64,000 nt of DNA, from IMG/VR virus record IMGVR_UViG_3300027984_000004. The stretch is one strand, 5' to 3'. A program made the position numbers and the translations under genes. Below the pieces are notes generated by a model, which was given only the letters and a program-made list of their open reading frames with translations, did no database searches and was not told the origin of the DNA. Positions 49,271-58,508 of this stretch are shown one piece after another; within the stretch, counting starts at the first letter, position 1; every line of letters begins with the position of its first letter. Origin of the DNA: an uncultured virus (IMG/VR IMGVR_UViG_3300027984_000004). Its lineage: Duplodnaviria > Heunggongvirae > Uroviricota > Caudoviricetes.

Positions 49271-49930
49271 TTATCCTACTATTACACCTTTAGCATACGC
49301 TTCACGTTTAATACGCAATGCCTCCAGTGTATTCCTATTTTTCATTGCGGCATCATACTGCTGTTGCCAGTCAGTATTGCCAGTAACCATTTTATTTTCA
49401 GATTGCTTTTGCTTCAATCTATCATCTAATGCTTTAGCCGTCCGACGTTCAAGCTCACCAGCTGGATAGTATTCCAGTTGAGAAAATACATCAATGATAT
49501 TCTTGGCTTCTTCCGCCGTCATATCATGATATTTGAATATATCAGCAAAAACTTTGGGAATACCTTTATTAACAAATGCGTCCACAACTTGATTTTTTAA
49601 ACCATCGGCGGCTTTATCACGCTCATAACGCTGTTGTGCTTCTTCCAGCTTTCTGGCTAGTGCGTTAATCTGTTCATCCTTGCTCATTGCTTTAAACTTA
49701 GCTTCTTCGCTAATTCGTGTATCCGCAAGTATGCGCTGACGCTCGGCTTCTTTTTCCCTAGCCGTCTGTGCGGCCTGTGTAACTTTCTTATCAATTAACG
49801 CTTGCAACTTTTTGTCGTTTTTTAGCAATTCCTCATAGTCCAACGTCCTATCAGTAACGCCCTTTGTTTCTATATTATTCGGTTCTGTGATAATTTGTTC
49901 GGCATTTTCAACATTTAATTCGTCTGCCAT
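49271..49930 (-). CDS. capsid scaffolding protein (DUF4355-like)
   Basis: Acidic/coiled-coil, IDKKVTQA..TAREK; directly upstream of MCP. Confidence 0.8.
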   Translation of the reverse strand: MADELNVENAEQIITEPNNIETKGVTDRTLDYEELLKNDKKLQALIDKKVTQAAQTAREKEAERQRILADTRISEEAKFKAMSKDEQINALARKLEEAQQRYERDKAADGLKNQVVDAFVNKGIPKVFADIFKYHDMTAEEAKNIIDVFSQLEYYPAGELERRTAKALDDRLKQKQSENKMVTGNTDWQQQYDAAMKNRNTLEALRIKREAYAKGVIVG

Positions 49931-49987
49931 TATACAAACATTCTCCTTTTGCCCTTGACGTACTCAGCCGTTCAAGTGCATGTTATA

Positions 49988-51220
49988 TTAATTTAATTCA
50001 TTAATTGATGATTGCAAATCCTCTAAAAATTCGTTTGCCGTATCTAACGTCATATCATTTCTGACAGCAATACGTTGTACCGTTATATCCTGCATATTAT
50101 ATGGTAACTGATATGCCGGTAGCATCCAACCTTTATTTAACATCTTATCAGATAATTCGTATAATGTAAAGGAATATTTTGGATTTAATTTCCAAGCAAA
50201 TACAGGAATATTAATCTGATCTGCCCATAATTGAAAAATATTCATCCTTTCTATTTCTGATGCTAAATATTTAGCTAAACTTAATGAACGTTCCTGCACA
50301 ACTTTAAACCCTTCAAATCCATAGCGTAAAAATGCCCAATATTGAAGTAATATTTGCGATCCAGGTCTTGAGAAATTCAATGTCCATGTAGGCATATGTC
50401 CACCCAAGTAATCCACGTAATGAATTAAACTATCTGGTAGATAATCTTTATGTCTCCATATAATCCATCCCAATCCCGGATATACAAGTCCGTATTTATG
50501 ACCTGATGTATTTATCGAAACAACATTCCTCAAGCGGAAATCCCACAACAGATCAGGATGCAAGAAAGGAGAAATCATACCTCCACTAGCCGCATCAATA
50601 TGGATAGAAACATCTATTCCTGCACGTATACTAATAGCATTAAGCATTTGCGATATATTTAAAATATCATCAAATTGACCTGTATATGTGATTCCTAGTA
50701 TGGCAACAACACCAATCGTGTTTTTATCTATCAATGGCAATACTCCATAGCCATCTAAAACTTTATGATGTTCAAGTATTGGTGCGCAACGCGGTTCCAC
50801 ATCAAAATAATTACAAAATTTTTGCCAACAAACATGCGTCGCGCTTGAAATTATAATGTTAGGCTTTCCCTTGCCACCATTTTCTTCCCAACGACGTTTC
50901 ATAGCTAAACCAGCCATCATACACGCCTCGGAAGAACCAATAGTTGAACATCCTATTGCATTATCAACATCTGGACAATTCCACAAATCAGCCAATATCC
51001 TCCAGCATTCATTCTCAATAGCTGTAGTTTGTGGATTTTCTGATTTATCAATAGCGTTTTTCCCAAACGTCTCATAATATAGACGATTAGCCCATTCATC
51101 CATTTCGGCGGTCACAAATGATTCTACATTCTTACGAGGATTTGAATCTTCCTTTAATCGTTTGGCTATTGTTTCGTATGCTGATTCTGGTGATGTTGGA
51201 TATTTGAATAATTTATCCAT
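49988..51220 (-). CDS. gadB: glutamate decarboxylase (PLP-dependent, group II)
   Basis: KNAIDKSENPQT..IE, STIGSSEACM, HIDAASGG, SINTSGHKYGLVYPGLGW, YLGG..TLNFSRPG. Confidence 0.92.
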   Translation of the reverse strand: MDKLFKYPTSPESAYETIAKRLKEDSNPRKNVESFVTAEMDEWANRLYYETFGKNAIDKSENPQTTAIENECWRILADLWNCPDVDNAIGCSTIGSSEACMMAGLAMKRRWEENGGKGKPNIIISSATHVCWQKFCNYFDVEPRCAPILEHHKVLDGYGVLPLIDKNTIGVVAILGITYTGQFDDILNISQMLNAISIRAGIDVSIHIDAASGGMISPFLHPDLLWDFRLRNVVSINTSGHKYGLVYPGLGWIIWRHKDYLPDSLIHYVDYLGGHMPTWTLNFSRPGSQILLQYWAFLRYGFEGFKVVQERSLSLAKYLASEIERMNIFQLWADQINIPVFAWKLNPKYSFTLYELSDKMLNKGWMLPAYQLPYNMQDITVQRIAVRNDMTLDTANEFLEDLQSSINELN

Positions 51221-51579
51221 TAACTAAATCCATCTGATAAATATATTTCTGTTAACTCTTGCCAAATCTTAGCACCATCTACAATGGCATCACGTAAAAA
51301 TGGACGCTCTTTCATACGACTAGTTCCGTCGTGAACCCACGGGCCATATTCCATATTTGTACCTATAGCAACATAATTTTCAATAGGATATTCCGGCGCT
51401 GATGTTATTGAGCGCATTAAATCTCCGGTTATACGTATTGGCCGTCCATATTTATTTTCCATGTAGTCAACTGTTTTTTCTACAGCGGCTTCTCCAATAG
51501 CAACTAGTGCTTTATGCTTATTACCTTTAAATCTATTTAATACTTCTACTTTATAATTAACTATTATTACACTACTCAT
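51220..51579 (-). CDS. HK97 gp10-like morphogenesis protein
   Basis: TGDLMRSI, IGTNMEYGPWVHDGTSRM..RPFLRDA. Confidence 0.8.
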   Translation of the reverse strand: MSSVIIVNYKVEVLNRFKGNKHKALVAIGEAAVEKTVDYMENKYGRPIRITGDLMRSITSAPEYPIENYVAIGTNMEYGPWVHDGTSRMKERPFLRDAIVDGAKIWQELTEIYLSDGFS

Positions 51580-52522
51580 TTTGCATAGCCTTTGCAATAC
51601 CTTTTGCTCTCTTGGCTTCAACTTCCAGACAATAGCGTTCAAATGATTTAGATTGCGCCCACGCTCTATGTGCTTGTAATGCAGGACTAACTGATTGAAC
51701 CATAGGCTTACTAACGCAAAAACAATTTATGAGATTAGCCGCTGTAGAACCACTACCATTTTGATCACCCGGAAACTTTAGTCCATTCGCAAATTCCTCA
51801 CCCACATCAACTATTTGTAGATGCGTCAATTCATGCTGTTCGCGTGTACGAACAAGCCTAGCCATCCACTGACTTTGCATAGATATCCCAAGACTTTCCG
51901 CTTCTTCATAACCCATATAACGACCTTCCGATTGGATTCTTGTCCTCTCAGTTTGCGCTACACGTCGCGCTTGTCTAAAGCTTTGTCCAGTAACATCACG
52001 TATGCGCCTAATTACTTTCTGCTGACTTTCTCCTAACATTACTGATTGCATCAACTGGTTTTGTAAACGCTGAACTATTGGCTTATTCTGTCCTAACTTT
52101 TTATATGCAAGCTTAGTAAACGGGCCCTCACTTCCCTTGACTAAAACTGCCAATTCATTACGATTATAAATATTCCAGTCTAAATCTAATCCAGACTGCC
52201 TATTAATAGAATAAGCGGCATAATCATAATTAAGCGTGTATATGCCAGTCATTTCACCTCTAATAATATCAGCCGCCGTCTGTCCAGCATCCGCTATTTC
52301 AGATGCAATTAAATTGGTCTGACGTTGCCGTCTAACCACTTCTCTAGCAAATGCCTTGCGCTTTGCATCCGGCGCGTCTGGAGGTAATGAAGCTAACTTT
52401 GCAATCCATTCTTTTTCGTTTTCAAGCGCTTTCGTCAGAGCTTCATTATAAACTGCCTCCAAGCGCTTAGACAATACCCTCATGCGGTCATCGGTCATTT
52501 TTGTTGCAATGTCAATAGCCAT
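51572..52522 (-). CDS. minor head morphogenesis protein (SPP1 gp7/Mu F-like)
   Basis: ARRVAQTE, W.A....RTR..H, F.NGLKFPGD, INCFC. Confidence 0.85.
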   Translation of the reverse strand: MAIDIATKMTDDRMRVLSKRLEAVYNEALTKALENEKEWIAKLASLPPDAPDAKRKAFAREVVRRQRQTNLIASEIADAGQTAADIIRGEMTGIYTLNYDYAAYSINRQSGLDLDWNIYNRNELAVLVKGSEGPFTKLAYKKLGQNKPIVQRLQNQLMQSVMLGESQQKVIRRIRDVTGQSFRQARRVAQTERTRIQSEGRYMGYEEAESLGISMQSQWMARLVRTREQHELTHLQIVDVGEEFANGLKFPGDQNGSGSTAANLINCFCVSKPMVQSVSPALQAHRAWAQSKSFERYCLEVEAKRAKGIAKAMQNE

Positions 52523-52524
52523 TG

Positions 52525-54189
52525 TTATCTACCAATATATTGCGCAGGAATGGATTGACCAACTAACGGCTGTATTTGTTGTGTATTTGTAGGCTGTTGT
52601 CCTTGCGCATCCTGTTGTATTTGGCCCGTCAAATCATTTATTACTGGTTCATTCGGCATAGATAAATTTTCCTCAGTCAACCTGTCTGATTCTTCTATCC
52701 CTATTTCCTCACCGTACAATAATTGTAATGCATATTCCTCAGATATCAACTGATTATTACGCAGTTCAATTATTTGTTCTGGTTTCGACGGTCTAATCTG
52801 ATCTGCCTGAATCTTAATAACTTCGCTGGACGGATCCACATCAATACCAGAATTAGATATGGCTGATTTCAGCGATAATAATCCACCGTCTTTTGCTTTA
52901 ATAGCTCTTTCCATCTGTGCGTTTTTATCTGTAGGTATATTTCGTTGAAAACCTATTATAATGTGTGTGAAATCATAATCAGTATTTTTCTTCAAGTTAA
53001 TTCTACTTGTAATTAGTTCCCACAAACGTAAATAACCTTTTTTGAATATCCTATCCACAACAGCGGCATACTGATTTAATCCATAATTTTTGAACTCAAG
53101 CGCCACTCCAGACGCATTACCTGAAAAACTAGCATCTGTCATATTGGGAACATTCGACAACATAGTTATTAATTCTTCTAATTTCTTCAATACGTCTAAA
53201 ATCCCATTGTAATCAACCTGCTTTATCAACCATTTAATGTCACCATCTTCTCGCAGAAATATAGCCTTTGCATCAAATAGTTCTTTCTCTTCCTGTTTCC
53301 ACGCCGGGTTTACCTCTCGTGCGGGATTACCAAACCTATCCACAACCATCATGCCATCAGCGCCCATTACATTTGTGAACATTGGATTATTAGGATTATA
53401 ATTCAATAATAACAACTTTGCATCGTCATTATATTGCGTCATATTCTTCAAATTGGTAATCATGTTTTCATACATATCTATTAAACCTAACACAGGTTCA
53501 TAAACAGCAATAGATGACGGATTTTCGAATGGCGTAACCGGCACGTCACCCCATAATAAATGCTTTTCAAGCATAGTTGTTTCGTTACCAGAATCATCAA
53601 AATCTACAAATTCAACCGGCATACCATCAGCAGTAAATATTCTACGAACACTGTCTGTTATTATTTCAAGTTTAATAATAACTGTTACACCATCAAGATC
53701 CAATTCTTCACTTCTCCTAAGAAATGCAATCGGATAAGGTGGCGTACCAAAATCATATACACAAATGCTATTTAAGCTATCCATCCATGCATAAGTTATC
53801 TCGTTATCTTCGCTTTCCATGACATATAAATATGCCGCTCCGGTTGTTATATAATTATGGATTAACTCAGCGAATACAGAACCGTCATCGTTGTATCTAC
53901 GGATATAGTCTATTTCCTGTTGGAAATTTTCTGATGTATCTCCTTCCATAACCGTATATGTCGGCGCTTTGCCAGATAAATAGCCTTGAACCATATGAGT
54001 TATATAATATTCAAACGGAACTGGCACATGTTCATCTTTCGCGCTCATTAATATATACGGAACATCCTTGCGGCGGAAGCGATTATATAATTCTCTTCTA
54101 AATCTCCAATAAGGTTCAGCGTATCGCAACAACATTGTTACCTTTTCTGGCGTTATACTATCAAAAAATTGTCGCTCTATCTGGATAAT
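52525..54189 (-). CDS. portal protein (SPP1 gp6-like); probable ATT start
   Basis: GYLSGK, G.AY, VPVTPFEN, FSGNASGVAL..K; frame open to ATT-ATC-CAG at 54189 behind GGTGGTGA. Confidence 0.9.
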   Translation of the reverse strand: MIQIERQFFDSITPEKVTMLLRYAEPYWRFRRELYNRFRRKDVPYILMSAKDEHVPVPFEYYITHMVQGYLSGKAPTYTVMEGDTSENFQQEIDYIRRYNDDGSVFAELIHNYITTGAAYLYVMESEDNEITYAWMDSLNSICVYDFGTPPYPIAFLRRSEELDLDGVTVIIKLEIITDSVRRIFTADGMPVEFVDFDDSGNETTMLEKHLLWGDVPVTPFENPSSIAVYEPVLGLIDMYENMITNLKNMTQYNDDAKLLLLNYNPNNPMFTNVMGADGMMVVDRFGNPAREVNPAWKQEEKELFDAKAIFLREDGDIKWLIKQVDYNGILDVLKKLEELITMLSNVPNMTDASFSGNASGVALEFKNYGLNQYAAVVDRIFKKGYLRLWELITSRINLKKNTDYDFTHIIIGFQRNIPTDKNAQMERAIKAKDGGLLSLKSAISNSGIDVDPSSEVIKIQADQIRPSKPEQIIELRNNQLISEEYALQLLYGEEIGIEESDRLTEENLSMPNEPVINDLTGQIQQDAQGQQPTNTQQIQPLVGQSIPAQYIGR

Positions 54190-54202
54190 GCTATATCACC
54201 AC

Positions 54203-54394
54203 CTAACATGTTGAATCGATGAATTTTACAACTTTTTTGGGCAATTTATCCAGTGATTCATATGATTCGCTTCTAGCCCTATGGGTCTTGGCAAAATAAC
54301 CATCTTTATCATGCATAATACTACACCCTGTTTTACCAAATCGCTTATTAGCAATTTCTCTTTCTTTCGCTGTTAATGAACGCTTATCTGTCAT
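54203..54394 (-). CDS. hypothetical protein
   Basis: 63-aa ORF, DKDGYF..THRARS..Y. Confidence 0.55.
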   Translation of the reverse strand: MTDKRSLTAKEREIANKRFGKTGCSIMHDKDGYFAKTHRARSESYESLDKLPKKVVKFIDSTC

Positions 54395-54472
54395 TTCTTT
54401 TTAGTTGCCTTATCAGTTTCATAACGGCAGTCCTTTGCTCCGCTCTTTTTACCTTTAGCCATGTAAATCCTC

Positions 54473-55768
54473 CTATATTTTCAAGTTTGACGTTACCATT
54501 AACGGGCCGCGCTCTATAATACGGATTAAACTGGATGCACTGTCCGCGCAATCATCGTGTTCCGCGTTTTCCGTATAATCCATAATCTCATTAAGATATT
54601 CCGGGTCTGTATCCTCCATAAAAATAATATTATTCCATGCTCTTTTTAAATACGTGCTTATCTTGACATATTTATTCATGGATTCATGGTAAGGCTCATT
54701 CGCAAATCCGCCCCGGCGACGTATCTCTTTTGCCAAATAACCTTTATCAGCGTTATCCTCAGTAGATATACTACCCCCGAAATACTGTTCTTTAATTTTT
54801 AAAAACTCATTTAAACAATTATCAATATGTGTTTTTCTTATCTTACCCAACACATATATAGTATTGCCCATTTTACGCGCTATAGTGAATGCGCTCCCGT
54901 CTTTACCTCCATATGCCGCGTCAATATGGCAAATTCCGTTATATATCTTAGTTTTGTCAGCTTCAAACCTTGGCGGCGTTGTGAACAATGCGTCCTCTGT
55001 TGCTATAAATTTTAACTCATAGTTTGCCGCAAATAATGATGGTGTCATAGATTGACGAATATCCTCTATTTCGTCCCTTGTCATCAAACCAGATTCAAAA
55101 CACGTACACTTCACTTTATTAGGCATTAACGTTGCCGCATCTTCCTTATGCCAACACGTTCCCGTATTAACTATGCGCCCACCGCGATTTTTTATATTCT
55201 GCAATTCAAAATATACTTGTCGTGTGTGATTGCGTTCTGCCGGGCTTATCCTATCACGCATATTGATTATATCATCCGTATAAACAATATCCGCATGTTT
55301 ACCAGTCAAACTACCGCCTACGCCAATGCCCAATAGTTGAACCGCACCCCGAACATGTGTAACTAAATTCGTACTGATTTCATTCTGGTTAGATTTTGTT
55401 AGTATCAACTTGCGTTCATATAGTTTAGATACAATATGCTGAATAACTTCACTTGTTAATATTTTCTTAACCTGATTGATGACCTCTACTACGTCAGCAT
55501 CAGTCTTACGTAAGAATATAATGTTATGCCTTGGGTATAGTATGATACGTAATGCAATGGCAATAGAAAGACAAGTCGTTTTATAACTACCTCTGTGGGC
55601 TTGCAATGTATAGTCTGACTTGCCGAATGTAAATTCTTTTATCCAACTGTTATGCAAAACAGTCAGTTTGTCAAACCCACACCATACACCTATTTGGCGT
55701 GGATTGTCTTTACATAAATTCAAGTAACTAATCTGCGGTTTCGTTAGTTTCATCATTGCCATTATCAT
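54473..55768 (-). CDS. terL: terminase large subunit
   Basis: HRGSYKT, LTGKHAD...DDII, TCWH.ED, nuclease HIDAA...HDDCADS; upstream of portal. Confidence 0.9.
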   Translation of the reverse strand: MIMAMMKLTKPQISYLNLCKDNPRQIGVWCGFDKLTVLHNSWIKEFTFGKSDYTLQAHRGSYKTTCLSIAIALRIILYPRHNIIFLRKTDADVVEVINQVKKILTSEVIQHIVSKLYERKLILTKSNQNEISTNLVTHVRGAVQLLGIGVGGSLTGKHADIVYTDDIINMRDRISPAERNHTRQVYFELQNIKNRGGRIVNTGTCWHKEDAATLMPNKVKCTCFESGLMTRDEIEDIRQSMTPSLFAANYELKFIATEDALFTTPPRFEADKTKIYNGICHIDAAYGGKDGSAFTIARKMGNTIYVLGKIRKTHIDNCLNEFLKIKEQYFGGSISTEDNADKGYLAKEIRRRGGFANEPYHESMNKYVKISTYLKRAWNNIIFMEDTDPEYLNEIMDYTENAEHDDCADSASSLIRIIERGPLMVTSNLKI

Positions 55769-56135
55769 TAATATACGCTTCTACAGCATCTATAGTTTCC
55801 GACGTTTTCTTGGAATATTCTACCTCTTGAATATCTTTCATACCTAAAAAATTTTTTGCATGAAAAATCCATACAGCCGGATTTGATTGTGCAAGCTGAA
55901 AACCCGCTCGCCTTAATGAAATCTTTCCCCGTTGTTTCTTTTTGTCAAATACATTCGAAAAACCCATTGGTACGCCAAATTCGTCAGTATAGGTTCTTTT
56001 GCACCAATCATCTAATGTATCATAGCAACATCCCAATTCGGATTCAAATTCTAAAACTGTACATTGCAATGAGCACATTGTTTCAAAAATATTTTTATCT
56101 ATTTCCTTATGCGGTCTACCGCCCTTATTTTTCAT
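55728..56135 (-). CDS. terS: terminase small subunit
   Basis: GRPHKEID...FE.MC..QCT, GKISLRR..F..A....IFHAKNFLG. Confidence 0.8.
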   Translation of the reverse strand: MKNKGGRPHKEIDKNIFETMCSLQCTVLEFESELGCCYDTLDDWCKRTYTDEFGVPMGFSNVFDKKKQRGKISLRRAGFQLAQSNPAVWIFHAKNFLGMKDIQEVEYSKKTSETIDAVEAYINDNGNDETNETAD

Positions 56136-56184
56136 TTTGTTATTTCTCTACCTTTATTACATTCATAATATTTGGCAATTCAAA

Positions 56185-56241
56185 TCATCCCTCGAATTGT
56201 TTTTGGTCTATTCCCTTTTGGGGTCTACCTACTTTAGCCAA
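56185..56241 (-). pseudogene. truncated copy of a terminase-small-subunit N-terminus (18 aa)
   Basis: MAKVGRPQKGIDQKQFEG* with GAGGTGA RBS; resembles GGRPHKEIDKNIFE. Confidence 0.55.
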
Positions 56242-56248
56242 TATATAA

Positions 56249-56446
56249 TCACCTCTTTTTTACAGACTCATCCAATATCATAGGGACGCAATTATCCCGT
56301 CTTTTATCATTTGAAATAACTAGCGCCTGTTGCCATCCAAATGATTTTATACTATTGGCAACTCTGGTTATCTGTTCGTCAGGATGTTTCTTTGCGTTCT
56401 TGGAATAAGGTTTTAAATCTTTGATGGACTTTTCTATTACTTGAAT
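56249..56446 (-). pseudogene. truncated ParB-like N-terminal domain (65 aa, ATT start)
   Basis: Manual: IQVIEKSIKDLKPYSKNAKKHPDEQITRVANSIKSFGWQQALVI. Confidence 0.65.
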
Positions 56447-56492
56447 AATATCACACCTTTTTATAAAATTTTAAATTTACGACATTAATATC

Positions 56493-57434
56493 TTATTTAT
56501 TTATCTTATATACTGCCTCATATGGCGTAATTAACTTTTTAAATGTGCCAGATTGCAATGTGCTTTTAGCGTTACGTTTTACAGCATGTGGTAATCCAAA
56601 TTTATCATCTAACATTTTATCTCTATAATGCGATATATAAATTGCTTTTGCGTTTACATTATTAATCCAATCACAAAACTCGCTAAAATCAATGCCATTG
56701 TATGCATCACAATCTGTATTCCAATATGGCGGGTCTAAATAAACTACTGCATTGAAATCATCTATTTTGATATCTTTATAATCAAGACTTGTTAATTCTA
56801 ACAATGGCTGTTGAAGCCGTTGAAGCTGTTGAAGCTGTTGAAGCTGTTGAAGCTATTGAAGCCGTTGAAGCTGTTGAAGCTGTTCAAGCTGTTGAAGCCG
56901 TTCAAGCTGTTGAAGCTGTTGTTTGTATTTTATGGATTGCTTATAATTATTCGACGTACCATATTTATTTAAAATATCAACTGCCAATTTATATTTAGTA
57001 TCCGAATCTTCCTCAGCATATAAATATGTCTTGAAATTATTTCCAAATGAATTGACCAATAATTGCAAGCATTCTAATGGAGTTAAATCCTCAACGCTTT
57101 TATCTCTAATTACATAAAATTGTTGCATTGGTATTAGCGCATCAAACATATTATATTTGCCAGAAAATATATAATCTACAATTTTTCGCATACGAACATC
57201 ATAAATATTACATATTGTATGATATCTAAATATTAAGGCTTCGGCTGTCATCGCAATGCCACCACCAAACACATCATAAAAATCAAATTTGCCTTTATTC
57301 TCAAGACGTATTAATTGAAATAATTGCCTAGACAACTTTTTCTTGGAACCCTGATATGGAAAACCAATCGGCGGGCCTTTACGATATCCTTTGATTTTTT
57401 CCAAATCAATGATATTAGTTATATTCATAACCAC
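56493..57434 (-). pseudogene. D12-class N6-adenine DNA methyltransferase interrupted by in-frame TAG at 56855-56853
   Basis: GFPYQGSK, YDVFGGG in 5' half; YLDPPY in 3' half; both ORFs in the same frame. Confidence 0.8.
56807..56921. repeat. 9-bp tandem repeat GCYRTTSAA, 12 full units plus a partial
   Basis: Encodes LQQ/LER/LQR triplets in the methyltransferase; one unit (56852) carries the stop. Confidence 0.95.
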
Positions 57435-57897
57435 ATGCTGGACATTTATATTTAAATTCTTTATCTAAATTAATGTTATCACCTAGATCATCTGATGCAG
57501 TTAACGGATCTGGCAACACGGATTCCGATAAGTCAAAGCCAAATGCAGACATATCAATATCAAAAATATTAGATAATTCTTCATTCAATAAATCGAAATC
57601 CCATAAAGATAATTCTGATGTTTTATTATCAGTTAAGCGATATGCCCGTATTTGTTCATCCGTTAAGTCATCAACAACAACACACGGAATAGTACTTATT
57701 TTTAATTTTTTGGCCGCTTTCACACGGGTATGACCTGCAATTATCACATTATTAGAATCAACGACAACGGGAACGCGCCATCCAAATGTCTCAATACTAG
57801 CCGCAACGGCATCCACCGCTGGATCATTCTTCCTTGGATTCTTATCATAAAACTTTAAATCATTAATTGATTTTTCATAAATCTGAATAAAAATCAC
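57415..57897 (-). CDS. ParB/Srx N-terminal domain protein with C-terminal zinc ribbon
   Basis: KNPRKND.AVDAVAASI..FGW..PVVVD...IIAGHTRVKAA; CPACGYE. Confidence 0.85.
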   Translation of the reverse strand: MIFIQIYEKSINDLKFYDKNPRKNDPAVDAVAASIETFGWRVPVVVDSNNVIIAGHTRVKAAKKLKISTIPCVVVDDLTDEQIRAYRLTDNKTSELSLWDFDLLNEELSNIFDIDMSAFGFDLSESVLPDPLTASDDLGDNINLDKEFKYKCPACGYEYN

Positions 57898-58142
57898 TCT
57901 CCTATAAATGGCGCAATATGTGCAATAACCGCATTAAAACGTGCCTTTTGTGCTGGATAACAATTCCTGCCGGTATGCGTCTTATACCATGCATCCTGCA
58001 ATGCCTCGCACAACGGCGTATGGCAATTAACTGAACGTAAAAGCAATAGTTTCAATTCTTTAAAGTCCGACAAACTGAAAAGCTTCTTTTTAATACATCT
58101 TAGATAAAATTGTCTGATTTCGTCGTCCATAAAAATCACCAA
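57894..58142 (-). CDS. hypothetical protein
   Basis: 82-aa ORF downstream of sigma-A-like promoter. Confidence 0.5.
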   Translation of the reverse strand: MVIFMDDEIRQFYLRCIKKKLFSLSDFKELKLLLLRSVNCHTPLCEALQDAWYKTHTGRNCYPAQKARFNAVIAHIAPFIGE

Positions 58143-58146
58143 ATAA

Positions 58147-58193
58147 AAAATGCCATATATTTATATAATATGGCATTTTGAAAATAATGTCAA
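58147..58193 (-). promoter_or_regulatory. sigma-A-like promoter overlapping an inverted repeat (terminator/operator)
   Basis: On -: TTGACA-17nt-TATTAT; AAAATGCCATAT/ATATGGCATTTT hairpin followed by T-run. Confidence 0.6.
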
Positions 58194-58212
58194 TAGATAT
58201 TTCTGTTAAATT

Positions 58213-58507
58213 TACAAAACATAAATGCATAACACAATACCTTATTTTACTTGGCTATACATTTTACGCGACATGACTGTACGTAGCTTTACTACACCAT
58301 GACTATGCATTTACATTACACGATGCCACATGACTATACATTTACACAACCCTACGCTACAATACCGTACCATACAATAACCATACGACACAGAGCACAA
58401 CTTGACTACACCATAACCATACATTATATGACTTAACATTAACTGTACTGTACTCAACTTTACGTTAGCTAACTCAACTCAACCTTACATTTACCTTACA
58501 TAATTAC
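58213..58507 (-). ncRNA. non-coding pentamer-periodic array (GT-NNN, about 50 units), putative guide RNA for adjacent RAMP protein
   Basis: e.g. GTaagGTtgaGTtga...GTatgGTacgGTattGTagcGTaggGTtgtGT; no ORF of 60 aa or more; begins at the RAMP stop codon. Confidence 0.75.
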
Positions 58508-58508
58508 A

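Noticed and set aside
56853..56855. Genome-wide TAG-to-Gln recoding
   Set aside because: Only one such in-frame TAG was found. Other genes end at TAG directly before the next RBS (e.g. 32212), long ORFs are intact in the standard code, and no suppressor tRNA is seen.
56789..56998. Plus-strand ORF with AVE repeats
   Set aside because: Antisense shadow of the 9-bp repeat in the methyltransferase.
58213..58507. Periodic array as a low-complexity coding region or simple microsatellite
   Set aside because: A period of 5 does not fit codon structure, no ORF of 60 aa or more spans it, and the intervening triplets vary.
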